Positions 44,739 to 55,703 of a DNA stretch of 64,000 nucleotides are shown here, piece after piece (the stretch's first letter is position 1; every line of letters begins with the position of its first letter). The stretch comes from an uncultured delta proteobacterium (lineage in GTDB: Bacteria; Desulfobacterota; Desulfomonilia; UBA1062). A program made the position numbers and the translations under genes. Location of the stretch: contig CAWAUM010000001.1 in the NCBI GenBank assembly GCA_963785235.1, positions 544,001-608,000 on the forward strand. The letters are read 5' to 3'. Under the pieces are notes generated by a model, which worked only from the letters and a program-made list of their open reading frames with translations, was not told the DNA's origin and ran no database searches.

Positions 44739-46384
44739 TCAGGAGTACATAGTCCTGATGAGCTTCTTGTCGATCTTGCCCACGCTTGTCTTGGGTATTT
44801 CTTCGGTTATGATATACCTGTCCGGGATGGCGTATTTCGGTATCTTGCCGTCAGAGGCGCAGATCTTCATGAACTGCTTTGAGAACTTCTTCGGTAACGC
44901 CGTCACCCCTGAACTGGGGTTTCAGGATAACCAGCAGCATGGGCCTCTCTCCCCACTTGGGGTCGGGAATGCCGATGGCCGCCGCCTCCTGGACCGCATC
45001 ATGGGTGCTGATGGCGTTTTCCAGGTCAAGTGAGGATACCCACTCGCCCCCTGTCTTGATGACATCCTTGAGCCGGTCCGTGATCTGGATGTACCCTTCG
45101 TCATCCATATAACCCACATCACCGGTATGGAGCCATCCGCCGCTCCAGAGTTCCTCGGTCTTTTCCGGGTCCCTGTAGTAGCCCTGGGTGAACCAGGGGG
45201 AGCGTACAACGATCTCACCGGTGGCCTGCCGTCGTTCGGCAGGAAGTTGCCCTGCGGGTCGGCGATCCTCACATCCACGAGCGAGACGGGAATGCCTGTC
45301 TTGATGACGACGTCGCTTTTCTTCTCGTTGTCATAGTCTTTCATGGATGGCTTTAGGTTCGAAACGCTGATCACCGGGCAGGTCTCGGACATGCCGTAGC
45401 CGGCCATCACCTGGATACCCAGGTCGAGTGCTGCCTTGGCAAGGCCCTTGGGGAGCCTTGCGCCGCCGATGATGACCTTCCAGTATGAGAGATCGAACTT
45501 TTTGCATATGGGGCTGGCCACCAGCATCTGCAGGATAGTGGGCACACAGTGGGAATAGGTGACCCTTTCTTCCAAGATGAGCTTGATGAGCACTTCGGGC
45601 TCATATTTGCCCAGGATAGACCTGTTTGATGCCCATCATGGTGGCGATGTAGGGGAATCCCCAGGCATGGACATGGAACATGGGTGTGATGGGCATGTAG
45701 ACATCCGAGGTGGAGAACGCAGCGGTGTGTCATGGCAGCTGACTGCTATACACACGCTCATGGTGTGGAGAACGAGTTGCCGGTGGGTGAAGAACACCCC
45801 CTTGGGAAGCCCTGTTGTCCCGGTAGTGTAAAAGGTGGTGGCCTTGGTGTTTTCATCAAGCTCCGGAAAGTCGTAATCCGGGGATGCCTTGGCCAGCATC
45901 TGCTCGTATTCCCCATCGAGGTGGAGGTCCGTCTGCGGCATCTCTCGGTATTGTCATTGAGGAGAACAACCTTTTTTACCGTCTTCAGTTTGTCCCTTAT
46001 GGACGCCAGCAAAGGCAGAAAGTCGGCATTGATAAAGACGACATCGGCCTGGGCATGGTTTATGGTGTACTCGATCTGGTCCGGGGAAAGACGCCAGTTC
46101 ACCGTAAACAGCACTGCGCCCAGCATGGGGATGGCGAAAAAGCTTTCCAGATAGCGATGTGAGTCATAGTCGAAGACGGCAACCGTATCTCCCTGTTTCA
46201 CGCCGAGGCTGTTCAGTGCGCTTCCAAGCCGGTTGATCCTCTCAAAGAGATCGCTGTAGGTATAGCGCACCTTGTCCCGGTACACGATCTCCTGATTCCG
46301 AGCGCTGATTTTCGGGCTTGTCAGCAGATCTTTTATGGTGAGCTGAAACCGATAATGTTGTCCGTTAAGGGATTTTGCAGCCAT
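44739..46384 (-). CDS. Fatty acid-CoA ligase (AlkK-like); several frameshifts
   Basis: DYDSHRYLESFFAIP, YTTGTTGLPKG, GYGMSET, ITDRLKDVIKTGGEW, KWGERP. Confidence 0.85.
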
Positions 46385-46644
46385 ACTGACCTCCTTAGAG
46401 TCATTGTAGTATCTATTCTGAATCATCGGTCAAAACAGGTTTCATAACAATCAGTTGCAGACTGTTTCTTGTGTGCATGAAGGGAGGAAAGATTGGTAGG
46501 GAGATGACCTACAGCAAAAACATACTTCTTGATAATATAATACCCTTGCGTAATATACATATAAAACTACAGAACCTCCAAGAGGACTGTCGAACAGACC
46601 GGGGATAGCATTGGAAACCTTAAAACCGATCTTGCCTGTGATCA

Positions 46645-47514
46645 ATGATGCTGAAGGGGCTTACGTCCCAGGACACATTGCCGTTTATTATCGATTCTCA
46701 TGTACACATATTCCCTGATCCTGTTTTTCAATTGATCTGGCAGTGGTTTGATCAATTCGCATGGACAATACGGTATAGACTGACATCTGCCGAGGTCCTG
46801 AGATACCTGTTGTCCCGCGGTGTCGGGCACATTGTTGCCCTGCAGTATGCACACAGGCCGGGCATTGCCCGTGAGCTGAACAGGTATATGGTTCAAATCT
46901 GCCAGGATTTTTCCGGGAAGGTAACCGGTATGGCCACGGTTTTTCCAGGCGAAAAAGATAGTGATGCCATCCTGAAAGAGGCGTTTGGGAATGGATTGCA
47001 GGGCGTAAAGCTCCATGCCCATGTACAGTGCTTTGATATGAACAGCGAAGCAATGGATGTTGTGTATGAAACCTGTTCGTCTGAAGACAAGCCTTTGATA
47101 ATGCATGTGGGAAGAGAGCCCAAGAGCCCTGCATACAAATGCGATCCATACCTGTTATGCAATGCGGATAAGCTGGAACAGGTGATCAGGAATTATCCAA
47201 AACTCAAGGTATGTGTCCCGCATCTGGGTGTCGATGAGTTCACAAGGTATAAGCAGCTGATCGAAAAATATGATAATCTCTGGCTTGATACTGCTATGCT
47301 CCTTGCCGATTATTTTCCCATCGAGAATCCGTTTAGATTGGATGAGATGAGACCTGACCGTATCATGTACGGATCAGATTTTCCTAACATACCCTATGCC
47401 TGGGATCGTGAGATCAAATGGTTTCTCAAGAGCGGATTATCAGATGATTTCGCAGAGTCTGTACTGAGTAAAAACGCCGCGAATTTTTTTCAACTGAGTT
47501 CTCATTGTTCCTAG
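46645..47514 (+). CDS. Amidohydrolase_2 family metallohydrolase
   Basis: IDSHVH, GVKLH, MHVG, PHLG, YGSDFP. Confidence 0.88.
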   Translation: MMLKGLTSQDTLPFIIDSHVHIFPDPVFQLIWQWFDQFAWTIRYRLTSAEVLRYLLSRGVGHIVALQYAHRPGIARELNRYMVQICQDFSGKVTGMATVFPGEKDSDAILKEAFGNGLQGVKLHAHVQCFDMNSEAMDVVYETCSSEDKPLIMHVGREPKSPAYKCDPYLLCNADKLEQVIRNYPKLKVCVPHLGVDEFTRYKQLIEKYDNLWLDTAMLLADYFPIENPFRLDEMRPDRIMYGSDFPNIPYAWDREIKWFLKSGLSDDFAESVLSKNAANFFQLSSHCS

Positions 47515-47516
47515 TT

Positions 47517-48202
47517 TCATTCCTGTGACGGGCGTTCCTTCTCAACCCAGTTCAGGGCATGCCTCAGGAGTTCGGTGGCGTTCTTCAGGTTCAGTTTTTC
47601 CTTGATCCTCTCCCGGTAGGTCCCGATGGTCTTGACGCTCAGGTGCAGTCTGTGGCCGATCTCGCTGATGCTCAGACCTTCACCGATAAGCGGGAAGACC
47701 TCGATCTCCCGGTCGGTCAGGGCCTGGAGCGGAGATTCTGAAGGTTCTTTCGGCCCTTCGATGAACCTGGTGAGGATATTCTCGGTGACCTTGCTGCTGG
47801 CATAACAACCCCCCCTGAGCACCTGGCGGATTGCCTGGACAACCGATTCGGAGGCCTCCTGCTTCATGATGTATCCCCTGGCCCCGGCCCTGAAGGCGCG
47901 TTCCGCATAGAGTGATTCATCATGCATGGAGATGACCAGCATGGGGATGCCCTTGTATGATCTTGTGGACTTCCTTGATGAGGTCGATGCCGCTCATGTC
48001 CTTCAAGGTGATATCCACAATGATCATATCGGGATTCAGCGTAGTATGGCCTTCAGGGCGCCTTGGTAATCCTCGGCCTCACCGCAAACCTCAAGGTCAT
48101 CTTCCTGGCTGAGGAGCTGCATCAGGCCATGCCTGAATATGGGGTGGTCGTCCACGATGAGGATCCGGTGCTTTGGCCGCTGCGGGCTCTATCCTGCGGC
48201 AT
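47517..48202 (-). CDS. NarL/LuxR-family response regulator; frameshifted
   Basis: ILIVDDHP, ISMHDE, LTDREIEVF, LSVKTIGTYR. Confidence 0.85.
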
Positions 48203-48218
48203 GGTATCCTATCCTTTC

Positions 48219-49682
48219 TTAGGGGGTGAAGGTGCAGGTCACCAGCGTTCCGCCGCTCGGGTCGGACTCGATCTTCAAGGAGGCGCCGATCATCCTCGCC
48301 CGGTAATTCATGATCCTCAAGCCTATACCCGACGGCCTTGGAAACATCCTTGATACCCACGCCGTTGTCCAGGATGGACAGCGAGACCACCCCGCTGTTG
48401 TTCAGCAGATCGATGGAGATCTTTGTGGCCTTGCCGTGCTCAATGGCGTTGTGGATGGACTCCTTGGCGATATAGTAGAGGTGGGTGGACAAGGTGTTGT
48501 CCTTGAGCGGAATATGCCTGGGACAATTAAAGAGGCAGGAGATGCTGAAGATGCTCGACGTGGATGCCGCGAGCTCCTCCAGGGATGATTCCAGCCCGTG
48601 GCTGGTGAGGTGGACCGGGCACAGCCCCCGGGCGAGCCTCCTGGTCTTCACGATGGCCTCCTTTCACGAGGTCTCCGATCTCGCCCGCATAGCGTGCATC
48701 TTCAGGGGAGTGCATGGAGAGCTTGTTCTTGAGCACCTTGGTCATGACATCGATGCCGATGAGGTGCTGTCCGAGGTCGTCATGGAGCTCGTAACCGATC
48801 TTCTGTCGCTCGCGCTCCGAGGTGTCCAGGACCTCCTTTTCCAGCTGTTTCATGGCCGTGATGTCGGTAATCACCGCAAAACCTCCGATGAAACGGCCCT
48901 GCGAGTCGTACATGGCCCGCGGTGAGACGATGGTGTACACAGGGATGCCGTCGCGGCCCCTCCAGGTGACCTCGTAGGATTCCGGGGCGTCTGTTCTGCC
49001 GCATGTTGTGCATCCACAGCTCCAGGTCCCGTTCGCTGATGAATTTCCTGGTAGGCCTGCCCATGATCTCTTCACGCGCCAGCTGGAGGATCTTGCATAT
49101 CTTGTTGTTCACATAGGTGATGATGCCCCGCCTGTTCTGAATGCCAAGGCCTTCATTCATGGTCTCCACGAGCTGCCGGAAGAGCTCCTCGCTGTCCCGC
49201 AGGGCTTTTTCCGCCTTGATGCTCTCGGTGATGTCCACCATGGAGGCGATGCTCTGCGTGGTGCCCGGGATCATGGCGATGGTCATGAAGATGTTCAGTA
49301 TCCCGCCGTCCTTGTTCCTGATCTTGAATTCATAGTTCCTTGGGGCTGCAGCGGAATCCTGCCGCCTCTTCATATGGTATTCCAGCAGGCGGTTTATATC
49401 GTCTTCGGCCACATACTTGGTCCAGGTCTGGCCGATGATCTCATCGCGGGTGTATCCGGTGAAATTCGCGAAGTCCGAGTTCATCATGGAGACAGTGGTG
49501 TCTTTTTCAATGACGATTGTTGCAGTTCCGGAATTTTCGAACAGGGTCCGGTAGAAGTTCTCCGAGTGGGTGAGCTCTGCCTCAATCTGCAGGTACCTGT
49601 GCGCCTGGTCTTTGAGTTGCTCGTTCTCCTTTCGCAAGGAAGCGAGTTCATTGATGAGCTGTTGTTTTGTCTTGTCCTTCAT
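48219..49682 (-). CDS. PAS-domain sensor kinase (HisKA_3 type); frameshifted
   Basis: Two PAS domains; ERQKIGYELHDDLGQ; ESIHNAIEHG; DNGVG. Confidence 0.85.
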
Positions 49683-49712
49683 TGCCAAATTCCTTGGAAG
49701 CAAGAATCCCTG

Positions 49713-49791
49713 TAATTTCCAGAGCTGCGCTCTGGAAATTATCCTCTTCAACCCTGCATATCATCTGTGATGATATGCAGGGTTGAAGAGG
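49713..49791. repeat. Two adjacent perfect inverted repeats (13 bp and 23 bp)
   Basis: TAATTTCCAGAGC-TGC-GCTCTGGAAATTA; CCTCTTCAACCCTGCATATCATC-TGT-GATGATATGCAGGGTTGAAGAGG. Confidence 0.85.
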
Positions 49792-49821
49792 CCGAATCAT
49801 TCCTCTGAAGAGAATGTGCTC

Positions 49822-50601
49822 TCAGGTTGTCAGCCGTACCGGGATGTTGCTTTCCCTCAGAAACTCCTTGATCCCACGGACCGTGTACTCCCTGTAATGA
49901 ACCATGGAGGCGATGAGGGCCGCATCCGCTTTCGCTTCGGTAAACACGTCCCGTATATGCTCGGGTTTGCCTGCACCGCCCGACGCAATGACCGGGATGG
50001 TCACATTTCTGGATATGAGTGAGGTAAGGGTGAGCTCATAGCCGGCAGTGGTGCCGTCGGCATCGATGGAGTTCAGGCAGATCTCCCCTGCACCAAGGTC
50101 CTGGGCCTTCCTGGCCCAATCAAGGGCGTCCATGCCCATGGGGGTCCTGCCGCCGTTGATCACCACCTCATACCCGCAGGGGATCTTGCCGGTTATATCA
50201 ACCTTTTTCGCATCCATGCCCAGAACGATACACTGGTTGCCGAAATGCCGGGCGCCTTCAGAGATGATCTGGGGGTTCAGCACTGCGGCGCTGTTTACGC
50301 TGATCTTCTCGGCCCCGGCATCCAGGACAGAGTACATGTCACCCAGCGTGCGGATGCCCCCGCCTACCGAGAAAGGGATGAAGATGTTCTCGGCAACGCC
50401 GCGGACCACATCGATCATGATGTCCCTGCGGTCCGACGATGCGGTGATATCGTAGAAAACAAGCTCATCCACACCCTGCTCGTAGTAGTCGCGCGCCATC
50501 TCCACCGGGTCGCCGATGTCGATGTTGCCTTTGAACTTGATGCCCTTGGTGGTCTTGCCGTCCCTCACGTCGAGGCAGATAATGATGCGTTTGCTGAGCA
50601 T
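49822..50601 (-). CDS. hisF: Imidazole glycerol phosphate synthase cyclase subunit
   Basis: [43 protein letters not shown]. Confidence 0.96.
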   Translation of the reverse strand: MLSKRIIICLDVRDGKTTKGIKFKGNIDIGDPVEMARDYYEQGVDELVFYDITASSDRRDIMIDVVRGVAENIFIPFSVGGGIRTLGDMYSVLDAGAEKISVNSAAVLNPQIISEGARHFGNQCIVLGMDAKKVDITGKIPCGYEVVINGGRTPMGMDALDWARKAQDLGAGEICLNSIDADGTTAGYELTLTSLISRNVTIPVIASGGAGKPEHIRDVFTEAKADAALIASMVHYREYTVRGIKEFLRESNIPVRLTT

Positions 50602-50638
50602 AGTAGTGACTCATAAGGCAAACATGAAGAAAATTCCA

Positions 50639-50807
50639 GTTTTTTATAAACCTGGATTTTGCGTTTAAGATGGGTAAAAACCTGATCCGTTCAAATCAGT
50701 CATCTTGCAGCCTTTAAGAATCCGTGAATATTCACGTTCTCCTAAAGGCTGCAAGATGACTGATTTTAACGGACCTATTTTAAAAACAATTTCATGATCA
50801 CTTATGA
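50639..50807. repeat. Palindromic intergenic element, copy 2
   Basis: 31-bp inverted repeat (one mismatch) 50686-50716 / 50743-50773; inner palindrome CGTGAATATTCACG; flanks match 4891-5059. Confidence 0.85.
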
Positions 50808-50880
50808 GTATTTATGCTTAAGGTCACCATGAAACGCATAGGTGTTATGGGTACATTCAATTGCAAAATCCGGGATAAAT

Positions 50881-50920
50881 GTGCAGCCGAGGGGAAAAAG
50901 CAGACTCCCCCCGGCTGCAC
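50881..50920 (-). terminator. GC-rich hairpin after the acyl-CoA dehydrogenase
   Basis: GTGCAGCCG...CGGCTGCAC, followed on the minus strand by ATTT. Confidence 0.5.
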
Positions 50921-50935
50921 CGGGCATGGTTTGTT

Positions 50936-52806
50936 TTATGAGGCGAAGCTCTCTTCTGCGATCTCCATCATGGAGAGGTCTTCGCTCTTGATTGACTTCA
51001 CTGTTCCGTCTATCTCCGGCAGGACATTCTTGATGAAGTACCTGGCGGACTTAAGCTTGCCGTCGTAGAAGGCAGCGTCCTTGTTCTCCTTCACAAATGG
51101 GGCAAGGGCGAATGGGTCGGCGGCGTTCACACCCTTGGCGCTGCACAGGCCCGTGAGTTTTTCTTGTGCTATCTGGGCCTCCCAGAGCAGGAGCCAGGCG
51201 CATACGATCTTGCCCATCATCATGAGGAACGGGTAGGCATTGCCTACAGGGATGAGGAACTTGCCCGCCTTGCCGCAGGAGGCAAAGAACATGGCGGTCT
51301 CAGCCAGGGCGTTGATGCCTGCCTGAACATCTTCAGCAAGGGATTTCAGGGGTTCTATGGTGCGGCACTTGGCCACGGTCGCACCCATTTCGCCCAGAAG
51401 GGTCATGAAGTAGGCACCCTTTTTCATGCCCATCTTCCTGCCCACGAGGTCAAGGGCCTGGATGCCGTTGGTGCCTTCATAAATGGATGCGATCTTTTCA
51501 TCGCGCATGAACTGCTCGATGGGGTATTCGCTGCAGATAGCCGTAGCCGCCGTAGCACTGCATGGCAGTCTCGGTCACCTTAAAGCCGATGTCCGTGCAG
51601 TAGGCCTTGATGATGGGGGTGAGCACCTCCACGATTCCCAGCCACTTCTCCGCCTCTACCGGGTCTTTGATGCTGGCAGCCTTGTCACCGCAGGTTGTGG
51701 CATAGTACATGAGGGCCCTCATGCTCTCCACGTTGGACTTCATCCACAACAGCATGCGCCTCACATCAGGGTGCTGAGATGATGGGTACGCGAGGGGCAT
51801 CGGGGTTCTTGAATTCCAGCAGCGATGATCCCTGGAGCCGCTCCTTGGTATAGTTCAGTGCATGGAGGTAGGCAACGGAAGCGCTCGAGAGGCCCTGCAG
51901 CCCTGTGGCGATCCTGGCCTCGTTCATCATCTGGAACATGACCTTCATGCCCTCGCGCTCTACCGCCCATGAGTTCGCCGTAGCAGTTGTTGTTGTCGCC
52001 GAAATTGATGACGCAGGTGGAGCTGCCGTGGATGCCCATCTTCTCCTCGATCTTGGCGATCTCGAAGTCGTTGCGTCTTCCCAGCGAGCCGTCTTCATTC
52101 ACCAGGAACTTGGGTACGATGAAGATGGAGATGCCCTTGGTTCCCGCAGGGTCGCCCTCGATCCTGGCGAGCACGGGATGGATGATGTTCTCGGTGAGGT
52201 CCTGATCTCCGCCGGTGATGAACATCTTGGTTCCCTGGAGCTTGAAGGTGCCGTCAGGCTGCCTGATGGCCTTTGTGCTGAGGTTTCCCACGTCGGTGCC
52301 TGCGCCCGGTTCGGTCAGGCACATACTGCCGCCCCACTGGCCGGTGACCATCTTGGGGAGGTATTTCTTCTTTCTGCTCCTCGGCTGCCATAGGTCTCGA
52401 TGAGGTGTGCCGCCCCTTCTCCGAGGCCCGGGTAGGAGGAGAATGCAAAATTCTGCATGTACCAGTCATGGGCAGCGATCCGCATGATGAAAGGAAGCCC
52501 CTGGCCGCCGTGCTCGGCGGGGAATGACATGCAGTTCCACCCGGCCTCGCAGAAGAGCTTGAAGGGGCGGTGGAAGCACTTGGGCACGTGGACCTGGCCG
52601 TTCTCCAGCTTGCACCCCTGTTTGTCGGATTCAGCAAGGGTGGGGAAGACCTCTTCCACGGCGAACTTTTGTGCCTCGGTCAGGATCATCTCGAACATGT
52701 CCTTGGAGAAGTCCGCGTATCTTTCGAGTTCGCAGAGTTTGTCAATCTCCAGCATTTCAAACAAAACAAAGTTCTGGTCACGCTCATCCAAAATCAGGTT
52801 GGCCAT
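50936..52806 (-). CDS. Acyl-CoA dehydrogenase (~600-aa class); several frameshifts
   Basis: MCLTEPGAGTDVG, GTKMFITGG, EEKMGIHGS, MFQMMNEAR, QCYGGYGY, IYEGTNGIQALDL. Confidence 0.9.
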
Positions 52807-52844
52807 CAAGTCCTCCTCGTATGATTAAGTATATAGTTTATTTC

Positions 52845-53879
52845 TTACGTAGCATCAGGGTTGATTGGTTTGTTTCCGGCCTTCCTCGGCGGCGACAACC
52901 GCTTGATATGAGCCAGTGCCTTGCGGTTGAGGAGGACCTCCTTTCTTAGGAAATGGATCTGGGAAGCAAGGAAGCCGAAGGAAAGGATCTGGATGCCGCC
53001 TAATATGAACAGGATCATGAGGGTGATGAGCGGGCGGTTGGGGTTGAGGATAAGATTGTAGTAGAGGTACAGTATGTGTCCGCCAAGCCCCAGGCCTATG
53101 AGGAAGAGCACGACCCCCACAAAGCCGAAGAGCAGTGCAGGCCGTTCGAAGATGGTGAATAAAAGGTGCGAGATGGCAGTTGACCTGAATTTGAATTTTG
53201 ACTTCCCCTTCTTCCTGGAAGTGAGAACGGCAGGTATTTCCCTGACATGGTACCCCATGGCAAGTATCTTGGAGAGGATCTCCAGGTGTATTTCCTTGCC
53301 GTCGGATTCCAGGTCGAGGCTGCTGATGACCTCGTTGCGATAGCACCTCACGATGCAGGTCAGCGTATGGATCTTTTCAGGAAGGGCGAGCTGGAGCACC
53401 TTGTTGCCCATCCTTGAGACGAAGAGCCTGTCCCTGGGGACCCCCTCGGTCCCGCCGCCTTCCATATAAGGGCTCACAAGAACTATGTCGATGTCGCTTT
53501 CTTCGTCGAGCACCCGTGCCATCTTCAGTATGTAGGCAGGGTCATAGGAGAGGTCGGCATCAATAGTAGAGATATACCTGCCGCTTGCAGCCTTGAACCC
53601 ATACCTCAGCGCCTTTCCCCTGCCGCCGTTCTTCCAGTATGAAACGACACGAATGTGCGGATCGGCCGAAGCGACCTTGTCCAGGACATCGAGTGTGTGA
53701 TCCGTGCTGCCGTCGTTGACCGGGATGATCTCATAGGGATCGCCGGCCTCTTCGAGGAGTCTTTTTACCCGTGCGATTGTCTCGGTGACGTTCTCTTCTT
53801 CATTGAACATGGGGATGATTACACTGATCTTGACCGGGTAATCCTCGTGCTCAATGCCCTTTTCAGCAACCTTGTGCAT
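52845..53879 (-). CDS. GT2 glycosyltransferase with two C-terminal TM helices (ArnC/GtrB-like)
   Basis: ISVIIPMFNEE, VNDGSTD, IDADL; start codon uncertain. Confidence 0.85.
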   Translation of the reverse strand: MHKVAEKGIEHEDYPVKISVIIPMFNEEENVTETIARVKRLLEEAGDPYEIIPVNDGSTDHTLDVLDKVASADPHIRVVSYWKNGGRGKALRYGFKAASGRYISTIDADLSYDPAYILKMARVLDEESDIDIVLVSPYMEGGGTEGVPRDRLFVSRMGNKVLQLALPEKIHTLTCIVRCYRNEVISSLDLESDGKEIHLEILSKILAMGYHVREIPAVLTSRKKGKSKFKFRSTAISHLLFTIFERPALLFGFVGVVLFLIGLGLGGHILYLYYNLILNPNRPLITLMILFILGGIQILSFGFLASQIHFLRKEVLLNRKALAHIKRLSPPRKAGNKPINPDAT

Positions 53880-54009
53880 GGCTTGATCATAGCGAATATT
53901 CAATAGGTTGTATAGAAGTTCTTTGTGCCTTAAATGGGGTTTCATGAGGAAAATCAAAAAATACTTTAACCATTCCGGCTGATCCATGATCATGGACACG
54001 CTTATCCGT

Positions 54010-54106
54010 ACACACAAGGATCTCCCCCGATGGGAGATCCAAACCAAGGAGGAGGAGGAATGAGGCAGGTGGAACTAAAATGTTCCTTTAAATTTTTTTG
54101 CAGATG
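54010..54106 (-). ncRNA. Candidate sigma54-dependent small RNA
   Basis: Predicted +1 near 54106; hairpin GGAAC/GTTCC; CCTCCTCCTCCTT tract; 9-bp hairpin GGATCTCCC/GGGAGATCC then TTGT; no SD-led ORF. Confidence 0.55.
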
Positions 54107-54117
54107 TTTCTTATATT

Positions 54118-54160
54118 GCAATGGAGATGCCAAAGACAGCATTTGGTCAACCCATTGATA
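54118..54160 (-). promoter_or_regulatory. Sigma54 promoter with IHF-like site
   Basis: TTGGCAT-CTCCA-TTGC (54133-54118); TATCAATGGGTTG (54160-54148). Confidence 0.7.
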
Positions 54161-54316
54161 ATAAAAATGAAAAAAACGTTACTCCCTCGGCCTGCCTTCC
54201 ATGGATGGAAAAGTTATTCCTATTTATTTGTAAGGTAGTTCTCAATAAGAAGAGCAATTGCAAATCTTACTGGATGTTATTCTGGCGCAAGCTTCGAATC
54301 AAGTTTTTAAGGATTG

Positions 54317-54433
54317 AAGAGGCTTCGCAAAAGGGAGTTTTTTTTCGTCCGGAAGCGGGGACCCGGGATCCTGAAAAATACTGGATTCGAAGCTTTCGAG
54401 GGATGACAGATAATACATATACGACAGCCTCTT
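54317..54433. repeat. Degenerate MITE-like element
   Basis: Imperfect terminal inverted repeats AAGAGGCT-TCG / CGACAGCCTCTT enclosing a decayed palindrome ending CTGGATTC...GGATGAC. Confidence 0.35.
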
Positions 54434-54476
54434 TGTGGGGGTGACAGTTTTTTTGATTCTTCCAAAGAGCTCAGTG

Positions 54477-55312
54477 TTATGGATTGAGCAGGTTAAGAAA
54501 GATCGTAAGGAGTTCCTTGTCAAGTCCACAATCTCCTAACGAGGATGCATTCCTGTAGGGGCCATGAAAATCCGATCCTCCGGTTATCAGCAGCCCCAGC
54601 CTTGATGCAAGACGTGCATACCATGTTGTCTGCTCAGGGGTATGATCCGGATAATAAACCTCCACCCCGGCAAGGCCTGCCTTTTTAAGGCTTAGGATAA
54701 ATGTTTCGGCCTCTTTCGGGCTCAGGGACAGTGTATAGGGGTGGGCAAGCACAGGCATTCCGCCATAATGTATGATGAGAGCCATAGCCTTTTCCCAGGT
54801 CATCTTTTCCTTGGGCACATAGGCCTTCTTGCCTTTGCCCAGGTACTCATGGAATGCTTCATCAAAGGAGCGGACATATCCTTTCTTGAGCAGGGCCTTG
54901 GCAATGTGGGGCCTGCCGACCTGCGCCGCACCGGCCTCGGTCATGACGTCATCTTCGGTAAGCATGCAACCCAGCGCATTCAATTTTTCAATGACCTTTG
55001 GTATACGCATGTTTACGGGCCTTCTGCACTTCGCTCAGGGCGATCTCAAGTCCATCAGGATAGGTGGGGAAATATCCCAGGAGGTGAAGCATGCCGGGTT
55101 CGTATTCGGCACTGATCTCAACACCTGAGATCACCCGCACGGCGTGTTTGTGTCATGGAGTCCAAGGCATGGGGCACCCCTGCCATGGTATCATGATCGG
55201 TCAGGGCTATGGCTGCAAGTCCTATGGATGCTGCTTGAGTTACGAGTGCCTCAGGGCTCAGATCACCATCGGAGGCATTTGAGTGGGTGTGGAGATCGGC
55301 ACATACCTGCAA
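54477..55312 (-). CDS. PHP-domain protein (TrpH-like); frameshifted
   Basis: DLHTHSNASDG, ALTDHDT, GVEIS, GRPHIA, LAHP, TGGSDFHG. Confidence 0.88.
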
Positions 55313-55323
55313 GACTTAATCTT

Positions 55324-55689
55324 TCATATGGGGACAGTAGTCTCCAGGACTTGTGCAATCTTTTTTTTGAGCTCGGTGAGGTCCGAGGATTTTACCACGT
55401 AAGCATCTGCGGCTATGGATTTGATGTCCACCTTGTAGCTTCCATAGGCGCTGCAGAGGATGACAGGGAGGTTATAGAACTTGTTCCGGATCTCCTGGAG
55501 GACATCCAGGCCGTTACTGGAAACCATCTTGATATCGAGGATGATAACATCGGGTTTTTCTTTCTCAATGCGTTCAAGAATTCCTGAACCGTCGGAGGCC
55601 ACTGCCACCTCATAGCCTTCTTCTTCCAGCTCCTCTGCATAGAGCAGCCTGATGTGCTTCTCGTCATCGACAATCAATACCTTTTGCAT
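55324..55689 (-). CDS. Single-domain response regulator
   Basis: VLIVDDE, ILDIKM, ILCSAY, YVVKSSD. Confidence 0.9.
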   Translation of the reverse strand: MQKVLIVDDEKHIRLLYAEELEEEGYEVAVASDGSGILERIEKEKPDVIILDIKMVSSNGLDVLQEIRNKFYNLPVILCSAYGSYKVDIKSIAADAYVVKSSDLTELKKKIAQVLETTVPI

Positions 55690-55703
55690 CGAGAGCTCCT
55701 TTC

